64,000 nucleotides of DNA from Thainema sp. (GCA_052168235.1 JBQLZK010000005.1:64001-128000), one strand, 5' to 3'; shown: positions 20,313-31,443, counted from the first letter of the stretch. A program made the numbers and translations. Notes: generated from the letters alone by a model not told the origin.

Positions 20313-21386
20313 GTGCAGTTCGGCTCGATCCTGGGCACTATTGCTCTCATCATCTCACTCTATATTTTGTGGGAAATTCAAGGTGTCATCCTATTAGGAT
20401 TCGCCGCTGTTGTATTTGCAACCGTCATTAATCGGTTGGTGCAGCCGCTTGAGCGGTTGAAACTGCCTCGGGGTGTGGCTGTCATCTTGGCGCTGTTTGC
20501 CATCTTGATTGTGGTGGCGGGTCTACTCTCCTTGGCTGCGCCACCCGTGGTTCGGCAGTTTCAGGATTTAATTCAGCAGATTCCGGTGATTGCGGATCAA
20601 GTGACAAACTGGACAGGTTGGCTACAGAGACGGCTGCCATTAGAGGTCGCTGCCTATATTCGCAATCTCGACTCAACGGCGCAAGATTTGCAGATGTGGA
20701 TTGAGCGGCTGTTTGGCAATTTTTTCAGTATTTTCTTCAGCACCCTGGGCGTGATGATCAATGCAGTGCTGTTTACTTTTGTGACCATTATGCTGCTGCT
20801 AAATCCTCAGCCTTATCGTCGGGGATTTATCTTGCTGTTTCCGTCGTTTTATCGCGATCGCGTTGATCAGATTTTGGATCAGTGTGAAAGTACGCTAACG
20901 GGCTGGGCAACTGGCGTACTGTTCAATATGACGGTGATTGGCATCCTCAGCGCGACGGGGCTTTGGATTCTCGGCGTTCCACTGCCGTTAGCGAATGCTA
21001 TTCTGGCTGCCACTTTGGCGCTGATTCCCAACTTGGGGCCAGTCTTAAGCGTGATCCCGCCCGCGCTGTTGGGCTTTTTGGAAGCACCGTGGCGGGGAGT
21101 TGCCGTCATTATTCTGTACATCGTTATTCAGCAAATCGAAAGCAACATTTTGACCCCCTTGGTGATGCAGCGACAGGTCTCGATCCTGCCAGCGGTGACG
21201 CTACTCTCACTAGCGGCGTTTGGCTTGCTGTTTGGGGTGCTGGGCCTCTTTCTGGCGCTGCCAATTGTGGTCGTTGCCCAGGTCTGGATTACGGAAGTGC
21301 TAATTCACGATGTTTTCGACCCCTGGCAAAAAGCGCGATCGCAATCCCAAACCCCATCCCAGGCTCCGCCTGACGATGAGGTATAA
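20313..21386 (+). CDS. AI-2E (PerM) family transporter
   Basis: Multi-TM; IPNLGP, QQIESNILTP, GLFLALP motifs. Confidence 0.9.
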   Translation: MQFGSILGTIALIISLYILWEIQGVILLGFAAVVFATVINRLVQPLERLKLPRGVAVILALFAILIVVAGLLSLAAPPVVRQFQDLIQQIPVIADQVTNWTGWLQRRLPLEVAAYIRNLDSTAQDLQMWIERLFGNFFSIFFSTLGVMINAVLFTFVTIMLLLNPQPYRRGFILLFPSFYRDRVDQILDQCESTLTGWATGVLFNMTVIGILSATGLWILGVPLPLANAILAATLALIPNLGPVLSVIPPALLGFLEAPWRGVAVIILYIVIQQIESNILTPLVMQRQVSILPAVTLLSLAAFGLLFGVLGLFLALPIVVVAQVWITEVLIHDVFDPWQKARSQSQTPSQAPPDDEV

Positions 21387-21402
21387 GAACCAGAAGGTGG
21401 TG

Positions 21403-22089
21403 CTACTCAGCTGGTGGTGCCGTTTCAGGCTCAGCGGCGGGAGTTTCAGTTTGAGGTTCTTCAGCCGGAGGTTCTTCAGTCGCTCCTTCCACCCCTTCCG
21501 TCCCCTCAGTGGGCAACACGGCTCCGCAGTATTCATTCACCTCTTGAATACTCTGGGATTCTTGTTGCGATAGCTGCTGAATCTTTCCGACGGCTGTTGT
21601 GACTTGGGTTTGAGACTGCTCAATTTGATCCGGTAGCTCTTCTTCCGACTGCACGTTGACGATCGAACCAATGGCGGTACTCGCTTCCGTCAATGCGCTG
21701 CTATAGCCCCGGATGATGGTGATGTAGTCATCGCGGAACTGCACCAGGATTTCATCCTCTAACTCGGTGGTTTCCAGTTCGCTCGCCAAGGTGTCCCAGT
21801 TGGTGACGACTTTCTCGACCGCTGCTGTATATTCCCCAGTGGCGGCTTTAATATCGTCTAAACTTTCGACGTTAGTAATGTCTTGGCTGAAGCTTTGAAT
21901 TTCGGTTTCAAACTCCCCCATAAACGACTCGGTTTGGTTCACCATTTCAGCCAAACGATTGCACTGAGCAACTTTCGATTCACCGCAGCTCACTAAACCA
22001 ACTGCGATCGCACCAGTCGCAATCAAGCTACTCGAGCGATAAAACCGAGAACGAATCCAACTCAAACAGGGACGCAACGACAACAGCAT
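21403..22089 (-). CDS. putative lipoprotein, helical, acidic tail
   Basis: Lipobox LVSC after a hydrophobic stretch. Confidence 0.75.
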   Translation of the reverse strand: MLLSLRPCLSWIRSRFYRSSSLIATGAIAVGLVSCGESKVAQCNRLAEMVNQTESFMGEFETEIQSFSQDITNVESLDDIKAATGEYTAAVEKVVTNWDTLASELETTELEDEILVQFRDDYITIIRGYSSALTEASTAIGSIVNVQSEEELPDQIEQSQTQVTTAVGKIQQLSQQESQSIQEVNEYCGAVLPTEGTEGVEGATEEPPAEEPQTETPAAEPETAPPAE

Positions 22090-22265
22090 TCAGTGATTCT
22101 CCTCAAACCTTCCTCAAACTCATATCGCATATCTTGCCAATCAAGAACCGGAGGACGTGATGGCATAGTCGCTTTGGCAGTGAAATCAGCCTTCTGGATT
22201 GTAGTGCAAGATGCCAATGAACCTCTGCAGGACATCATAACCAAGCGGCTATGATTCGTCAGAAC

Positions 22266-23705
22266 CTATTGATTATTTTTTGCCAATCGGCGTTCCCGCA
22301 GCCGCAGCAGAATTTCGGCGTGGGTTTCGCGGGTAATAGGATAAAAATAGGCCAGTACGAGCCCTAAAATCAGCAACACCATTGGCATTAGGCCCATCAT
22401 CAGCCGAATTGCCCACAGTGCTGATTCCGGCTGAGTAGCGGACCCTGCCACAAAGCCGCTGGCGCTGAGGGCAGCACTGACGAGAAATAATCCTACTCCG
22501 CGACCAATCTTTTGCAGCAGCGTCATAAAGGCGTAGAAGATTCCCTCGCGACGCTGGCCCGATCGCAGTTCGTCCAGGTCAATCGCATCCGGCAGCATCG
22601 ACCAGGGGACAACGTAAGCGGTTGCCACCCCAATACTGACAATCACACACAGGATATACATCAGCAGCGTTTGCCCTGGCTGCAGGAAGAGGAGAAAAAA
22701 CTGCACAGCAATCCAGGGAGCCATGCCCAGAAAATACAGTCCTCGTTTACCCGCTTTCTTACTCACCTGATTGCAGCCGTACACCATCAAAATCGATGTG
22801 CCCTGCACCAGCAGCGCGGCCAGGAAGTAATCGTCCAGCCCCATCCAAAACTCAACGTAGAACGGAATCACGGTTGCCGTCACCTGGAGCGCCAGCCAGG
22901 AAAACATATAAATGCCGATGATCATCAAAAACGGCACGTTGGTAATGAAAATTTTGATTTGATCTGCGATCGCAACTTCTTCGTCGGTTTCATCAATCTG
23001 CTGCACCGCCTGCGTCCGCTGCTTGGCCTGAGGATAGGTGCCAAAGATACACCAGTAAATCGGTATTATCGACACTAGACCACACACACCGCCCAGCACC
23101 GCATACTGCAGTTGCTGATTTTCAATCTGACTACTAATCAGCAAGCCCAAGGCTAACGCCAGCACTGCGCCAAAGAGCGAGAATGAAATTCGAAAAGTGG
23201 TCAGCTCCGTTCGCTCGTCGTAGTCTTCGGTAATCTCTGCCGTCAGCGTCGTATAAGGCAAGTTCACTGCCGTAAAGAAAATCTGGAACACCAGCGACGT
23301 GATCACGTAGTACCAAAACTTCCCCGTTGCCCCAAAATCCGGTACCAGCCAGGTGAGGAAAAAGGTAATGCCAAAGGGGATTCCCGCGAGAAACATCCAG
23401 GGATAGCGTCGTCCCCAGCGCGTCCGCGTGCGATCGCTGAGCACCCCAATCAGCGGGTCGTTAATCGCATCCCAAATGTTGCCAATAAGCAGTACCGTTC
23501 CCGCCGCTAGGGGATCAACCCCAGCCACATTAGTCAGAAAGATTAAAAACGAGAACACAATCAGGTTGCTGGTTATACCAGCTCCTGCATCTCCGGCCCC
23601 ATAGGCTATCTTGGTGGCTAGAGGTAGCTTGGGTTGCTCTTCGTAGGATGAAACATCAGACGAATCGTGGCGCGGATCTAGCGGATCAGGCGGAACATCA
23701 TGCAT
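22266..23705 (-). CDS. GPH/MelB family MFS symporter
   Basis: WDAINDPLIGVLSDRTRTRWGRR, ERT.L..FR, RREGIFY motifs. Confidence 0.92.
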   Translation of the reverse strand: MHDVPPDPLDPRHDSSDVSSYEEQPKLPLATKIAYGAGDAGAGITSNLIVFSFLIFLTNVAGVDPLAAGTVLLIGNIWDAINDPLIGVLSDRTRTRWGRRYPWMFLAGIPFGITFFLTWLVPDFGATGKFWYYVITSLVFQIFFTAVNLPYTTLTAEITEDYDERTELTTFRISFSLFGAVLALALGLLISSQIENQQLQYAVLGGVCGLVSIIPIYWCIFGTYPQAKQRTQAVQQIDETDEEVAIADQIKIFITNVPFLMIIGIYMFSWLALQVTATVIPFYVEFWMGLDDYFLAALLVQGTSILMVYGCNQVSKKAGKRGLYFLGMAPWIAVQFFLLFLQPGQTLLMYILCVIVSIGVATAYVVPWSMLPDAIDLDELRSGQRREGIFYAFMTLLQKIGRGVGLFLVSAALSASGFVAGSATQPESALWAIRLMMGLMPMVLLILGLVLAYFYPITRETHAEILLRLRERRLAKNNQ

Positions 23706-23904
23706 GGTAACGGGTAACGTATGAAATCGGTGGCGTCATCAAGTGGCCGTTGAACCCATTTATCGACTTGGGCGCAACGTCCAGACTCGATTTGTCACTC
23801 AAGATACTAAAGAATAGGCATTGCTTACTTTAACTATTGTTGGCGAGACTGTTGGCAAAATCGCCGCATATTGATTAGAAAGTATTGAAAACCGTTAACG
23901 CCAT

Positions 23905-23931
23905 GTAGGGGCGAACGATGTTCGCCCCTAC
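23905..23931. repeat. REP-like GTAG palindrome
   Basis: gtaggggcgaac-gat-gttcgcccctac. Confidence 0.75.
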
Positions 23932-23964
23932 TCAGCCCGTAGAATAGCTACCATCGTGAATGGG

Positions 23965-25455
23965 TTAAATCGCGAGATGCTGCTGCACTGTTTGCGATAG
24001 CAAGTCTGTCCAGTGAGCTGTCATTGCTGCGTCAATCGCTTCGACCATGACTCGAATTACGGGTTCAGTACCCGATGCCCGCACTAGGACACGGCCCTGA
24101 TCGCCCATTGCCAGTTCTGCTTGAGCAATGGCCTGCTGCAGCGGATCGCAATCCTGCCAGTTCAATCTGCGATCGCGATCTTCCACCCGAATATTTTTGA
24201 GCAACTGCGGATAGGTTTGGAAGCTCTGATCGACCAGATCCGCCAGCGACGTGCCGGATTGCCGAACCAGTCCGGCAATGTGCAGCGCCGTCAACACGCC
24301 GTCCCCCGTCAAGCTGTAGTGGTGGCACAAAATATGACCGGACTGCTCGCCGCCCAGCATCGCGCCGCGCCGCCGCATTTCAGCGTGAACATGCTGATCG
24401 CCCACGGGAGTGCGGACGAATTCGCCACCCTGAGCCTGCCACGCCCGCTCAAAGCCCAAGTTCGCCATCACGGTCGAAACGATTAGGTTCTCAGGCAGTT
24501 GGTTGGCTGATTGCAGCAGTTTGCCCCAGAAGTAGAGAATATAATCGCCATTTACTTCCCGACCCTGCGTATCAACGGCCATCACCCGATCGGCGTCGCC
24601 ATCAAAGGCAAAGCCCAAATCGGCCTGATGCTCTAGCACTGCCGCCTTCAACGGTTCGAGATGAGTCGAACCGCAGTGGACGTTGATCCGATTGCCGTCG
24701 GGGGTGCTGTGCAGGGCAATCACCTCGGCTCCTAAGGACTCGAAAACTGCGATCGCAGATCGAGTGGCGGAACCCCAGGCTAGATCGAGCGCAATTCGCA
24801 TACCCGATAAATCAACGCCTGCGGGTAGAGACTGATGCAGAGCTTGAGCATAGCGATCTGCTAGATCAAACCGCTGTTCACAGCGTCCCCAGGGGTTCAA
24901 GCCCGTTTCGGGTAGGGCGCTGGAGATGGGAGACAAGTTGCCGCGTAGAGCCGCCTCGATTTCTTTTTGCAGCACCGTGCTGAGCTTGGTACCATCAGCA
25001 GCAAAAAACTTAATGCCGTTGTCTTGGGGCGGATTGTGGCTGGCAGAAATCATCACGCCACCCAATGCGTTCAACTGGGGCGTTAACGTGGCGACGCAGG
25101 GCGTGGAACACAACCCCAAGTTCCAAACCTCCAGCCCAGAAGCCGTCAGTCCGGCAGCCAAGGCCGCAGACAGCATATCACTGGAGTTGCGAGAATCCTG
25201 ACCAATCAAGACTACACCCGTTCGCTGGGCATGGGATTGTAAAACCTGTCCAGCCCAAAAGCCCACCTGTAGCGCTAGGGGAGCGTTGAGCAACTCTCCC
25301 ACCTGTCCACGAATGCCATCCGTACCGAATAACGAAGACTGGGGTAGCGATAAGGGTGCCCAGCCCGCCATCGCAGGATGCGAAACAATACCGGGTTGAG
25401 CCGAACGAGGTTGCGATCGCGCTGTCACAGCACGACGGGGGGGAGACGTAACCAT
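23965..25455 (-). CDS. glmM: phosphoglucosamine mutase
   Basis: [39 protein letters not shown] 25455 (alternative GTG 25467). Confidence 0.95.
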   Translation of the reverse strand: MVTSPPRRAVTARSQPRSAQPGIVSHPAMAGWAPLSLPQSSLFGTDGIRGQVGELLNAPLALQVGFWAGQVLQSHAQRTGVVLIGQDSRNSSDMLSAALAAGLTASGLEVWNLGLCSTPCVATLTPQLNALGGVMISASHNPPQDNGIKFFAADGTKLSTVLQKEIEAALRGNLSPISSALPETGLNPWGRCEQRFDLADRYAQALHQSLPAGVDLSGMRIALDLAWGSATRSAIAVFESLGAEVIALHSTPDGNRINVHCGSTHLEPLKAAVLEHQADLGFAFDGDADRVMAVDTQGREVNGDYILYFWGKLLQSANQLPENLIVSTVMANLGFERAWQAQGGEFVRTPVGDQHVHAEMRRRGAMLGGEQSGHILCHHYSLTGDGVLTALHIAGLVRQSGTSLADLVDQSFQTYPQLLKNIRVEDRDRRLNWQDCDPLQQAIAQAELAMGDQGRVLVRASGTEPVIRVMVEAIDAAMTAHWTDLLSQTVQQHLAI

Positions 25456-25914
25456 AGGTATAAACACTCCTTACACACACTCACTCACAGTGGAGCATAC
25501 CATCTTCACGAAAATTTGCACTGTTTACTTATGACAACTCTCCAGAAACGTCTGAAGCGTTCGCTCTTGAGTTTGCAGCGCATCAATCGAGCTAATGGAA
25601 AATGAACAGTCACATTTCGATGGTCACTTTTTGAAAGACTATCCGAAGATGACTTGACGCTCCGATTTGGTTATGCTCCAGCATAGGATAGGAGCAGATA
25701 TTCAGAATGGCTCAATCGGGAGATATTTGTTCACTGAAAATAAGGAACATCGCAATTGGCGCATCCTGAATGCGGATCCACATAAATAGATCTACGGCTT
25801 TAGTACAAATAGTCCGGATCTTGTTTACATCAGGGCAGAAATTCAGGCAATGGTTTGAGAACTTTCAGCGTTAGCGACAAGATGTTTACCGGACGCATTC
25901 AAGGGTCAAATCAA

Positions 25915-26427
25915 ATGACGGATCAACTGCCGAGTGGCTTTTGGCAAGGACTGGAACAGTTTAATCGCGGCGAATATTACGCCTGCCACGATACTCTGGA
26001 AGCGATTTGGCTGGAAGCTCCCGATCCGCCCAAGAGTTTATATCAGGGCATTTTGCAAGTCGCGGTAGGAATTTACCACCTGAGCAATCAGAACTGGAAG
26101 GGATCGGTGATTTTGCTAGGCGAGGGCATCAGCCGGATTCGCCGCTACGACTCTGACTATGCAGGTGTTGATATTGATGATTTGCTCGAACAAAGCTCAG
26201 ATCTGCTGATGGCTCTACAGACGGCAGGCCCCGAACAAGCCGTAGCCTGCGCGCATTACCTGGGCCTGTTATCAGGGGACTCGGTGGCGGAAATTACACA
26301 GGCGGTTGCGGACGATCTTGCCAATGCTCAACCAGATGCAGCCGGCCTGAATCTGGCCGAGTCGCTGGATGCAGATCTGAAATCGCGCTTGAAGTTGCCC
26401 AAAATTCGGTATCAAAAGCCTGATTGA
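25915..26427 (+). CDS. DUF309 domain protein
   Basis: FNRGEYYACHDTLEAIW, YQGILQVAV..YH motifs. Confidence 0.88.
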   Translation: MTDQLPSGFWQGLEQFNRGEYYACHDTLEAIWLEAPDPPKSLYQGILQVAVGIYHLSNQNWKGSVILLGEGISRIRRYDSDYAGVDIDDLLEQSSDLLMALQTAGPEQAVACAHYLGLLSGDSVAEITQAVADDLANAQPDAAGLNLAESLDADLKSRLKLPKIRYQKPD

Positions 26428-26471
26428 AACTTTAGGTGCGATCGCACCGTCATCTCATCCAACACCATCGC

Positions 26472-27032
26472 ATGAACCAGCCCCCGACTGTTCTAACGAC
26501 AGACCGACTCAAACTCCGTCGCCCATCCCTGGCGGATGCCGCCGCCATCTTTGAGTATGCTTCTGATCCAGAGGTAACGCGCTATATGGATTGGCCAACG
26601 CATACCGATATTCAAGACACCGTTCAGTTTCTTGAATGGTGCATACCTCGTTGGGAAGCAGGCCAAGAGTTTTGCTGGATGATTACAGTTCAGTCAGCAG
26701 ACCAAGCAATTGGTGCCATCGCCTGTCGGATAAACGGGCATAAAGCCGACTTTGGCTATGTTCTTCATCGGCAACACTGGAGGCAAGGGTATATGACTGA
26801 AGCCACTCGTGCGGTGCTCACATGGCTGACCAGTCTCCCAACCATTTATCGAATCTGGGCGATATGTGATACTGAAAATCTGGCATCAGCTAGGGTTCTA
26901 GAGAAGGTGGGTCTGCTCCGTGAAGGCACGCTGCGCTGTGCCACGATGCGCCCCAATCTGTCATCTCGTCCCCGCGATAGTTTCATTTTTGCGAAGGTGC
27001 GCGATCCTGAATCCGGATGTTGGGCAAATTAA
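26472..27032 (+). CDS. GNAT (RimJ/RimL-like) N-acetyltransferase
   Basis: TDRLKLR, W.QGYMTEA, NLASARVLEKVG motifs. Confidence 0.9.
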   Translation: MNQPPTVLTTDRLKLRRPSLADAAAIFEYASDPEVTRYMDWPTHTDIQDTVQFLEWCIPRWEAGQEFCWMITVQSADQAIGAIACRINGHKADFGYVLHRQHWRQGYMTEATRAVLTWLTSLPTIYRIWAICDTENLASARVLEKVGLLREGTLRCATMRPNLSSRPRDSFIFAKVRDPESGCWAN

Positions 27033-27187
27033 CCTGTAAGAGAGGGTAAAGGACTCAATCATTTTGCTACATTTCTGACGTAGCCCGTTTGACCCTGTTA
27101 GATTTTTAGTAATAACCCATCCACCGCTAAATTTGCGATTAGCCGCGTCAAACTCTTTCACAAAACGCTGAGAACACCTGTAAAACC

Positions 27188-27709
27188 ATGTTGCGACGAT
27201 TGTTTCGTTCAAGCTTGTCATCCGCTCGCTGGCTCTTACCGTTGATGATTGCCGGAAGTGCGATCGCACCCTATTCTGGACAAATTGCCAAAGCCCAAAC
27301 GGGTGGTAACCAAGCGCTCACGCTGCGTTCTGACGTGCAGGAAGCTAACTCTGTCACGGGCGTAATCACTGCACGCGGCAATGTCCAAATTAACTATCCG
27401 GCCCGTCAAATTCAGGCCACTTCTGCCCAAGCGCAGTACTACAGCCGCGAACGCCGCATCGTTCTCAGCGGTGATGTCTACGTGCTGCAAGAAGGTAATA
27501 GCTTACAAGCTGAAACGATTACCTATTTGATTGATGAGGGCCGCTTTGTTGCCTTGCCTCGCCAGCAGGAGCAAGTTGAAGCCATTTATCTGGTTGACGA
27601 CCCCAATGCCCCTGCGGAACAGCCTGCGAGTTCCGGCGGTGGCGCTGTGGGTGGGACAGAAGATTTCAATCCCAAACCTGTCTTCAAAACTCCATTCAGC
27701 GATCAGTAA
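27188..27709 (+). CDS. LptA/OstA family LPS transport protein
   Basis: Signal peptide; ARGNVQI and LSGDVYVLQ beta-jellyroll repeats. Confidence 0.85.
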   Translation: MLRRLFRSSLSSARWLLPLMIAGSAIAPYSGQIAKAQTGGNQALTLRSDVQEANSVTGVITARGNVQINYPARQIQATSAQAQYYSRERRIVLSGDVYVLQEGNSLQAETITYLIDEGRFVALPRQQEQVEAIYLVDDPNAPAEQPASSGGGAVGGTEDFNPKPVFKTPFSDQ

Positions 27710-27723
27710 TTTATCTCTGCTCA

Positions 27724-27776
27724 AAAACTGAAAGAGGCACCTTGTCGCGCTGCGGCAAGGTGCCTCTTTCAGTTTT
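27724..27776. terminator. bidirectional terminator hairpin
   Basis: 21-bp perfect inverted repeat aaaactgaaagaggcaccttg between convergent genes. Confidence 0.8.
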
Positions 27777-27790
27777 GGGTGTGCAATGGC

Positions 27791-27910
27791 TCAATCGTTT
27801 TCTTGATAAATCCGGATCGCCCCGTGTTGCACAATCCAAAGTTTGCCCGTCAGATCATTGTTTTCTAATGCTCCAATCAAGGTTGCGATCGCATCCAGCT
27901 TTAATTTCAT
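27791..27910 (-). pseudogene. DUF5615 (PIN-like) toxin remnant with internal in-frame deletion
   Basis: MKLKLD joined to AIATLIGALENNDLTGKLWIVQHGAIRIYQEND*; ATGA overlap with the DUF433 stop; only 39 aa. Confidence 0.7.
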
Positions 27911-28155
27911 GCCACGGAATCTATTGGAATTTCAACGAATCGTTCGCGCGACATTTCTGCGCCATAGGCGATACAGGCCAAAATATCTTCCGGTTCTAGC
28001 TGCGGATATTCCTCTAAAACCTCAGGAATCGCCATGCCGCTAGCCATAAAATCCAGAATCAGCGAAACCCAGATGCGATGACCCCGAATACAGGGCTTGC
28101 CAAAGCAGATATTGGGATTTATGGAAATACGATTTAGAAGTTCCTGGCGGCTCAT
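27907..28155 (-). CDS. DUF433 family antitoxin
   Basis: RISINPNICFGKPCIRGHRI...EYPQL..EDI.AC..Y. Confidence 0.92.
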   Translation of the reverse strand: MSRQELLNRISINPNICFGKPCIRGHRIWVSLILDFMASGMAIPEVLEEYPQLEPEDILACIAYGAEMSRERFVEIPIDSVA

Positions 28156-28302
28156 TATGCCTCCTGCCTGTGCGGGATTGTGATCCCAATTTTCCCACGT
28201 GTTTTTGATAGAAAGCAGGTCTGGCCTCTACCTTTTGTCTCAGATCGCAGGGTAAACCATGCCATAATGATCCGGCTAAGACGCAAGTGAACGTTTCGCC
28301 GC

Positions 28303-29382
28303 ATGACCCAAGCTCCTTTTACCGCAGACCTTTCGACCAGCAACCCCGAAGACTTTGACCTTTCATTCCAACTGCCCGATCCCGAAGATGACCAAATTTC
28401 CGAAGCCGAGTTTCAGCAGCAGGTAGAAACGGCATGGCTGATCTGCGATCGCTTTGATTTGCAGACCGATATTTGGCGTGGTCGCATTCTCAGAACTGTG
28501 CGCGATCGCGAAAAGCGCGGTGGCGATGGACGCGGCACAGGCTTCCTCAACTGGCTGAAGGATCGAGAAATCAGCAAGAGTCAAGCTTATGCCTTGATTG
28601 AACTGGCCAACAGCGCCGATACGCTGCTGGAAAATGGCGTGTTGGAAGCGCAGGACGTGAACCAGTTCAGCAAGCGGGCCTTTGTCGAAACGGCTCAATC
28701 CTCGCCCGAAGTGCAGCAACTGGTTAGCGAAGCCGCCCATCGCGGCGACCACATTACCCGTCGCGAAGTGCGCCAGCTCTCGGATGAATGGACGGCGATG
28801 ACCTCTGATTTGCTGCCAGATGAAATTAAGGAAAAAGCGGCCAACAATACGATTCCAGCTCGCTACCTGTCGCCGCTGGTTAAGGAAATGGAAAAGCTGC
28901 CGGAACCGCATCAAAACACGCTCAAAACCGAGGTGGCGCTCAATCCGGATATCGACACCCTGAAGCAAGTTACCACTGAAGCTCGTTACTTATCGAAGTA
29001 CCTCGCTGCTGCGGTGCAAGTCCAGGTGCTAAATCAGGAATCGCTTGATATTGAACAGGCATTGGAAGAAGCGCTGCGTGTCGGCTGTCTGAATGCGACA
29101 GCGGATCTCGTCAACCAAGCCGCTCAACTGGAACAGGCGACGGTAAAGCTCTACACGGCTTGGAAAAAGATTAAAGACCTCTCCGATCGCGTTTATGTGG
29201 ATAGCGGAGCCAGTACGCCCCATCTACGATCGCTGTTATCCCATTTAACGCCGCTCACGGGTGATCTGATCCGGGTACAGCTTGGAGATCCGAATAGTCA
29301 GCTATCCCGCACAATTCGATTACAAGTCTTACCTGACGAGGAATCGCTGTATGAGGACAACCCAGTCGAAAACCTCAACTAG
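28303..29382 (+). CDS. conserved cyanobacterial hypothetical protein (DUF3102-like motif)
   Basis: 359-aa helical ORF containing GFLNWLKDREISKSQAYALIELA. Confidence 0.8.
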   Translation: MTQAPFTADLSTSNPEDFDLSFQLPDPEDDQISEAEFQQQVETAWLICDRFDLQTDIWRGRILRTVRDREKRGGDGRGTGFLNWLKDREISKSQAYALIELANSADTLLENGVLEAQDVNQFSKRAFVETAQSSPEVQQLVSEAAHRGDHITRREVRQLSDEWTAMTSDLLPDEIKEKAANNTIPARYLSPLVKEMEKLPEPHQNTLKTEVALNPDIDTLKQVTTEARYLSKYLAAAVQVQVLNQESLDIEQALEEALRVGCLNATADLVNQAAQLEQATVKLYTAWKKIKDLSDRVYVDSGASTPHLRSLLSHLTPLTGDLIRVQLGDPNSQLSRTIRLQVLPDEESLYEDNPVENLN

Positions 29383-29391
29383 CCTATTTGT

Positions 29392-29467
29392 GTAAGTTGG
29401 GTTGAGTGATCACGAAACCTAACAAACGCCGAAAAGATTTGGTTTTGCGTTACTCAACCCAACCTAC
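29392..29467. repeat. REP-like inverted repeat
   Basis: gtaagttgggttgag ... ctcaacccaacctac between convergent genes. Confidence 0.65.
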
Positions 29468-29482
29468 GAAACTAGCAACCAA

Positions 29483-30304
29483 TCAGCTCTTTACGCCTGT
29501 CGAGGCGATCCCGCGTATAAACTGGCGCTGCCCAATCAAAAACAGCAGCACAATGGGCAGCGTCGCGATCACCACCGCCGCCATCAGCAGCGGCCAGTCG
29601 CTGGTGTACTGCTCTTGGAACTGAGCCAGCGCAAGCTGTACCGTCTGTAATTCAGGCCGTGTGGTAAACACCAGCGGCTTGAACAAGTCGTTCCATTCCC
29701 CGATAAATGTGAAGAGAAATAGGGTAACCAGCGCAGGACGAGCCAAGGGCAACATAATTTTCCACAGCACCTGGAACCGATTTGCACCGTCGAGCATAGC
29801 CGCTTCCTCTAGCTCAACCGGAATCGATTGGAAATACTGCCGCATCAGGAAAATGCCAAAAGCATTCGCCGCAGTCGGTAAAATCAATGCGCCATAGGTG
29901 TTAATCAGTCCGCCCCAGCGCAGAACCAGGAAAATTGGAATCACCAAAAGTTGAAACGGAATCACCAGTGACGCGACAATGATCAGTAAGAATGCTCGGC
30001 GACCTCGAAACTGGAGACGTGCGATCGCATATCCCGCCAAAGCCGAGGTCACGATCTGAGCCGCTGTTACCGCTAGTGCCACCAGTGTGGAATTGGCATA
30101 GGCCAGCAAGAAATTGCCCTGTTGCCACGCCAATCGATAGCTGTCGAGCGACAACCCCAAAGATTGAAAAATTTTATCCGGGATCGTATTCGGTGGCGCA
30201 AAGGCGCTCAACACCACGACCACCAGCGGCAGCAAAATAATCACTGCTCCGATTGTGAGCAACACAATATTCAGAATCCAAAACCAGCGAGCCTGATTCG
30301 CCAT
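29483..30304 (-). CDS. carbohydrate ABC transporter permease (MalG/UgpE-like)
   Basis: EAA loop ELEEAAMLDGA; WNDLFKPL; 6 TM; ATG 30304 preferred. Confidence 0.92.
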   Translation of the reverse strand: MANQARWFWILNIVLLTIGAVIILLPLVVVVLSAFAPPNTIPDKIFQSLGLSLDSYRLAWQQGNFLLAYANSTLVALAVTAAQIVTSALAGYAIARLQFRGRRAFLLIIVASLVIPFQLLVIPIFLVLRWGGLINTYGALILPTAANAFGIFLMRQYFQSIPVELEEAAMLDGANRFQVLWKIMLPLARPALVTLFLFTFIGEWNDLFKPLVFTTRPELQTVQLALAQFQEQYTSDWPLLMAAVVIATLPIVLLFLIGQRQFIRGIASTGVKS

Positions 30305-30724
30305 GCTGTTGACAATCCTTTGGCAATCCAAATGATTAAAACTTCTAATCAGATCCAATCAAGTATCGCAAGTACTAAGTACTAATGCTTATCTAAAATC
30401 TCTACTTATCGGTTGCGCTTTAACCTCCCTAATCTTTCCTATGACTGCTTGTAAAGCGTAGCTTAGAAACAGTAGGGTGTAGAGAGTGGCAAGATCTAGC
30501 CAAAACAAATTATTTTATAGTTCTGGCAGTCGGAGGGGGACATTTCGCGAGTTTTCTTTACGCTAAAGTAGGGCTGGTGACATTTTTTGTGTCTAGCCAT
30601 GCCAGCAATGCTTGCCGCTTAGCACCATGATCGTTTGATTGTAAAGTCATCAAGCATTCTGGCGCTAACCGCAGCCAATCAACATTCTTGGCTCGTTTGA
30701 TCTAGTAGAGGTGACAGTAGACCT

Positions 30725-31420
30725 ATGCAGCAGCTTGAGGCTAATCCAGTACTTGATTACTATAGCGAGGCGTATCAAAGCGCCTACAGCCGCATCAATG
30801 CGATCGTAATCGAGGGCGAAGAGGAAGCAAACTCCAACTACCAGCAGTTGGCTGAGCTTATGCCAGAACACAAGGAGGAGTTAATCCGTCTGGCTAAGAT
30901 GGAGAACCGCCACAAAAAGGGCTTCCAAGCCTGTGGCCGCAACCTATCCGTTACTCCAGACATGGAGTTTGCCAAGGCATTCTTCGATCAGCTCCATCAG
31001 AACTTTCAGGAGGCATATGCTGAAGGCCGCATTGTCACCTGTTTACTCATTCAATCCCTGATTATTGAGTGCTTTGCTATTTCGGCCTACAACATCTACA
31101 TCCCTGTAGCCGACGACTTTGCGCGTAAGATTACAGAAGGAGTTGTCAAAGATGAGTATCTTCATCTGAACTTTGGCGAAGAGTGGCTCAAAGCGAATTT
31201 TGAGGCATCCAAAGAAGAGCTAGAGCAGGCCAATCGCCAAAACCTACCGCTGGTTTGGAAAATGCTCAATCAAGTTGAAGACGATGCCGCTGTGCTGGGC
31301 ATGGAAAAAGAAGCCCTCGTGGAAGATTTCATGATCAGCTACGGTGAAGCGCTAGGCAACATTGGCTTCAGCAACCGCGACATCATGCGCATGTCCGCTC
31401 ATGGTCTAGCCGCTGCATAG
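30725..31420 (+). CDS. ado: aldehyde-deformylating oxygenase
   Basis: [26 protein letters not shown] di-iron motifs; adjacent to aar. Confidence 0.97.
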   Translation: MQQLEANPVLDYYSEAYQSAYSRINAIVIEGEEEANSNYQQLAELMPEHKEELIRLAKMENRHKKGFQACGRNLSVTPDMEFAKAFFDQLHQNFQEAYAEGRIVTCLLIQSLIIECFAISAYNIYIPVADDFARKITEGVVKDEYLHLNFGEEWLKANFEASKEELEQANRQNLPLVWKMLNQVEDDAAVLGMEKEALVEDFMISYGEALGNIGFSNRDIMRMSAHGLAAA

Positions 31421-31443
31421 ATAAGTAGATTGACATAAAACAC

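Noticed and set aside
28363..28968. 201-aa antisense ORF and similar shadow ORFs (22512-23078, 44962-45504, 59751-60206)
   Set aside because: They overlap well-supported genes on the opposite strand and show no protein motifs
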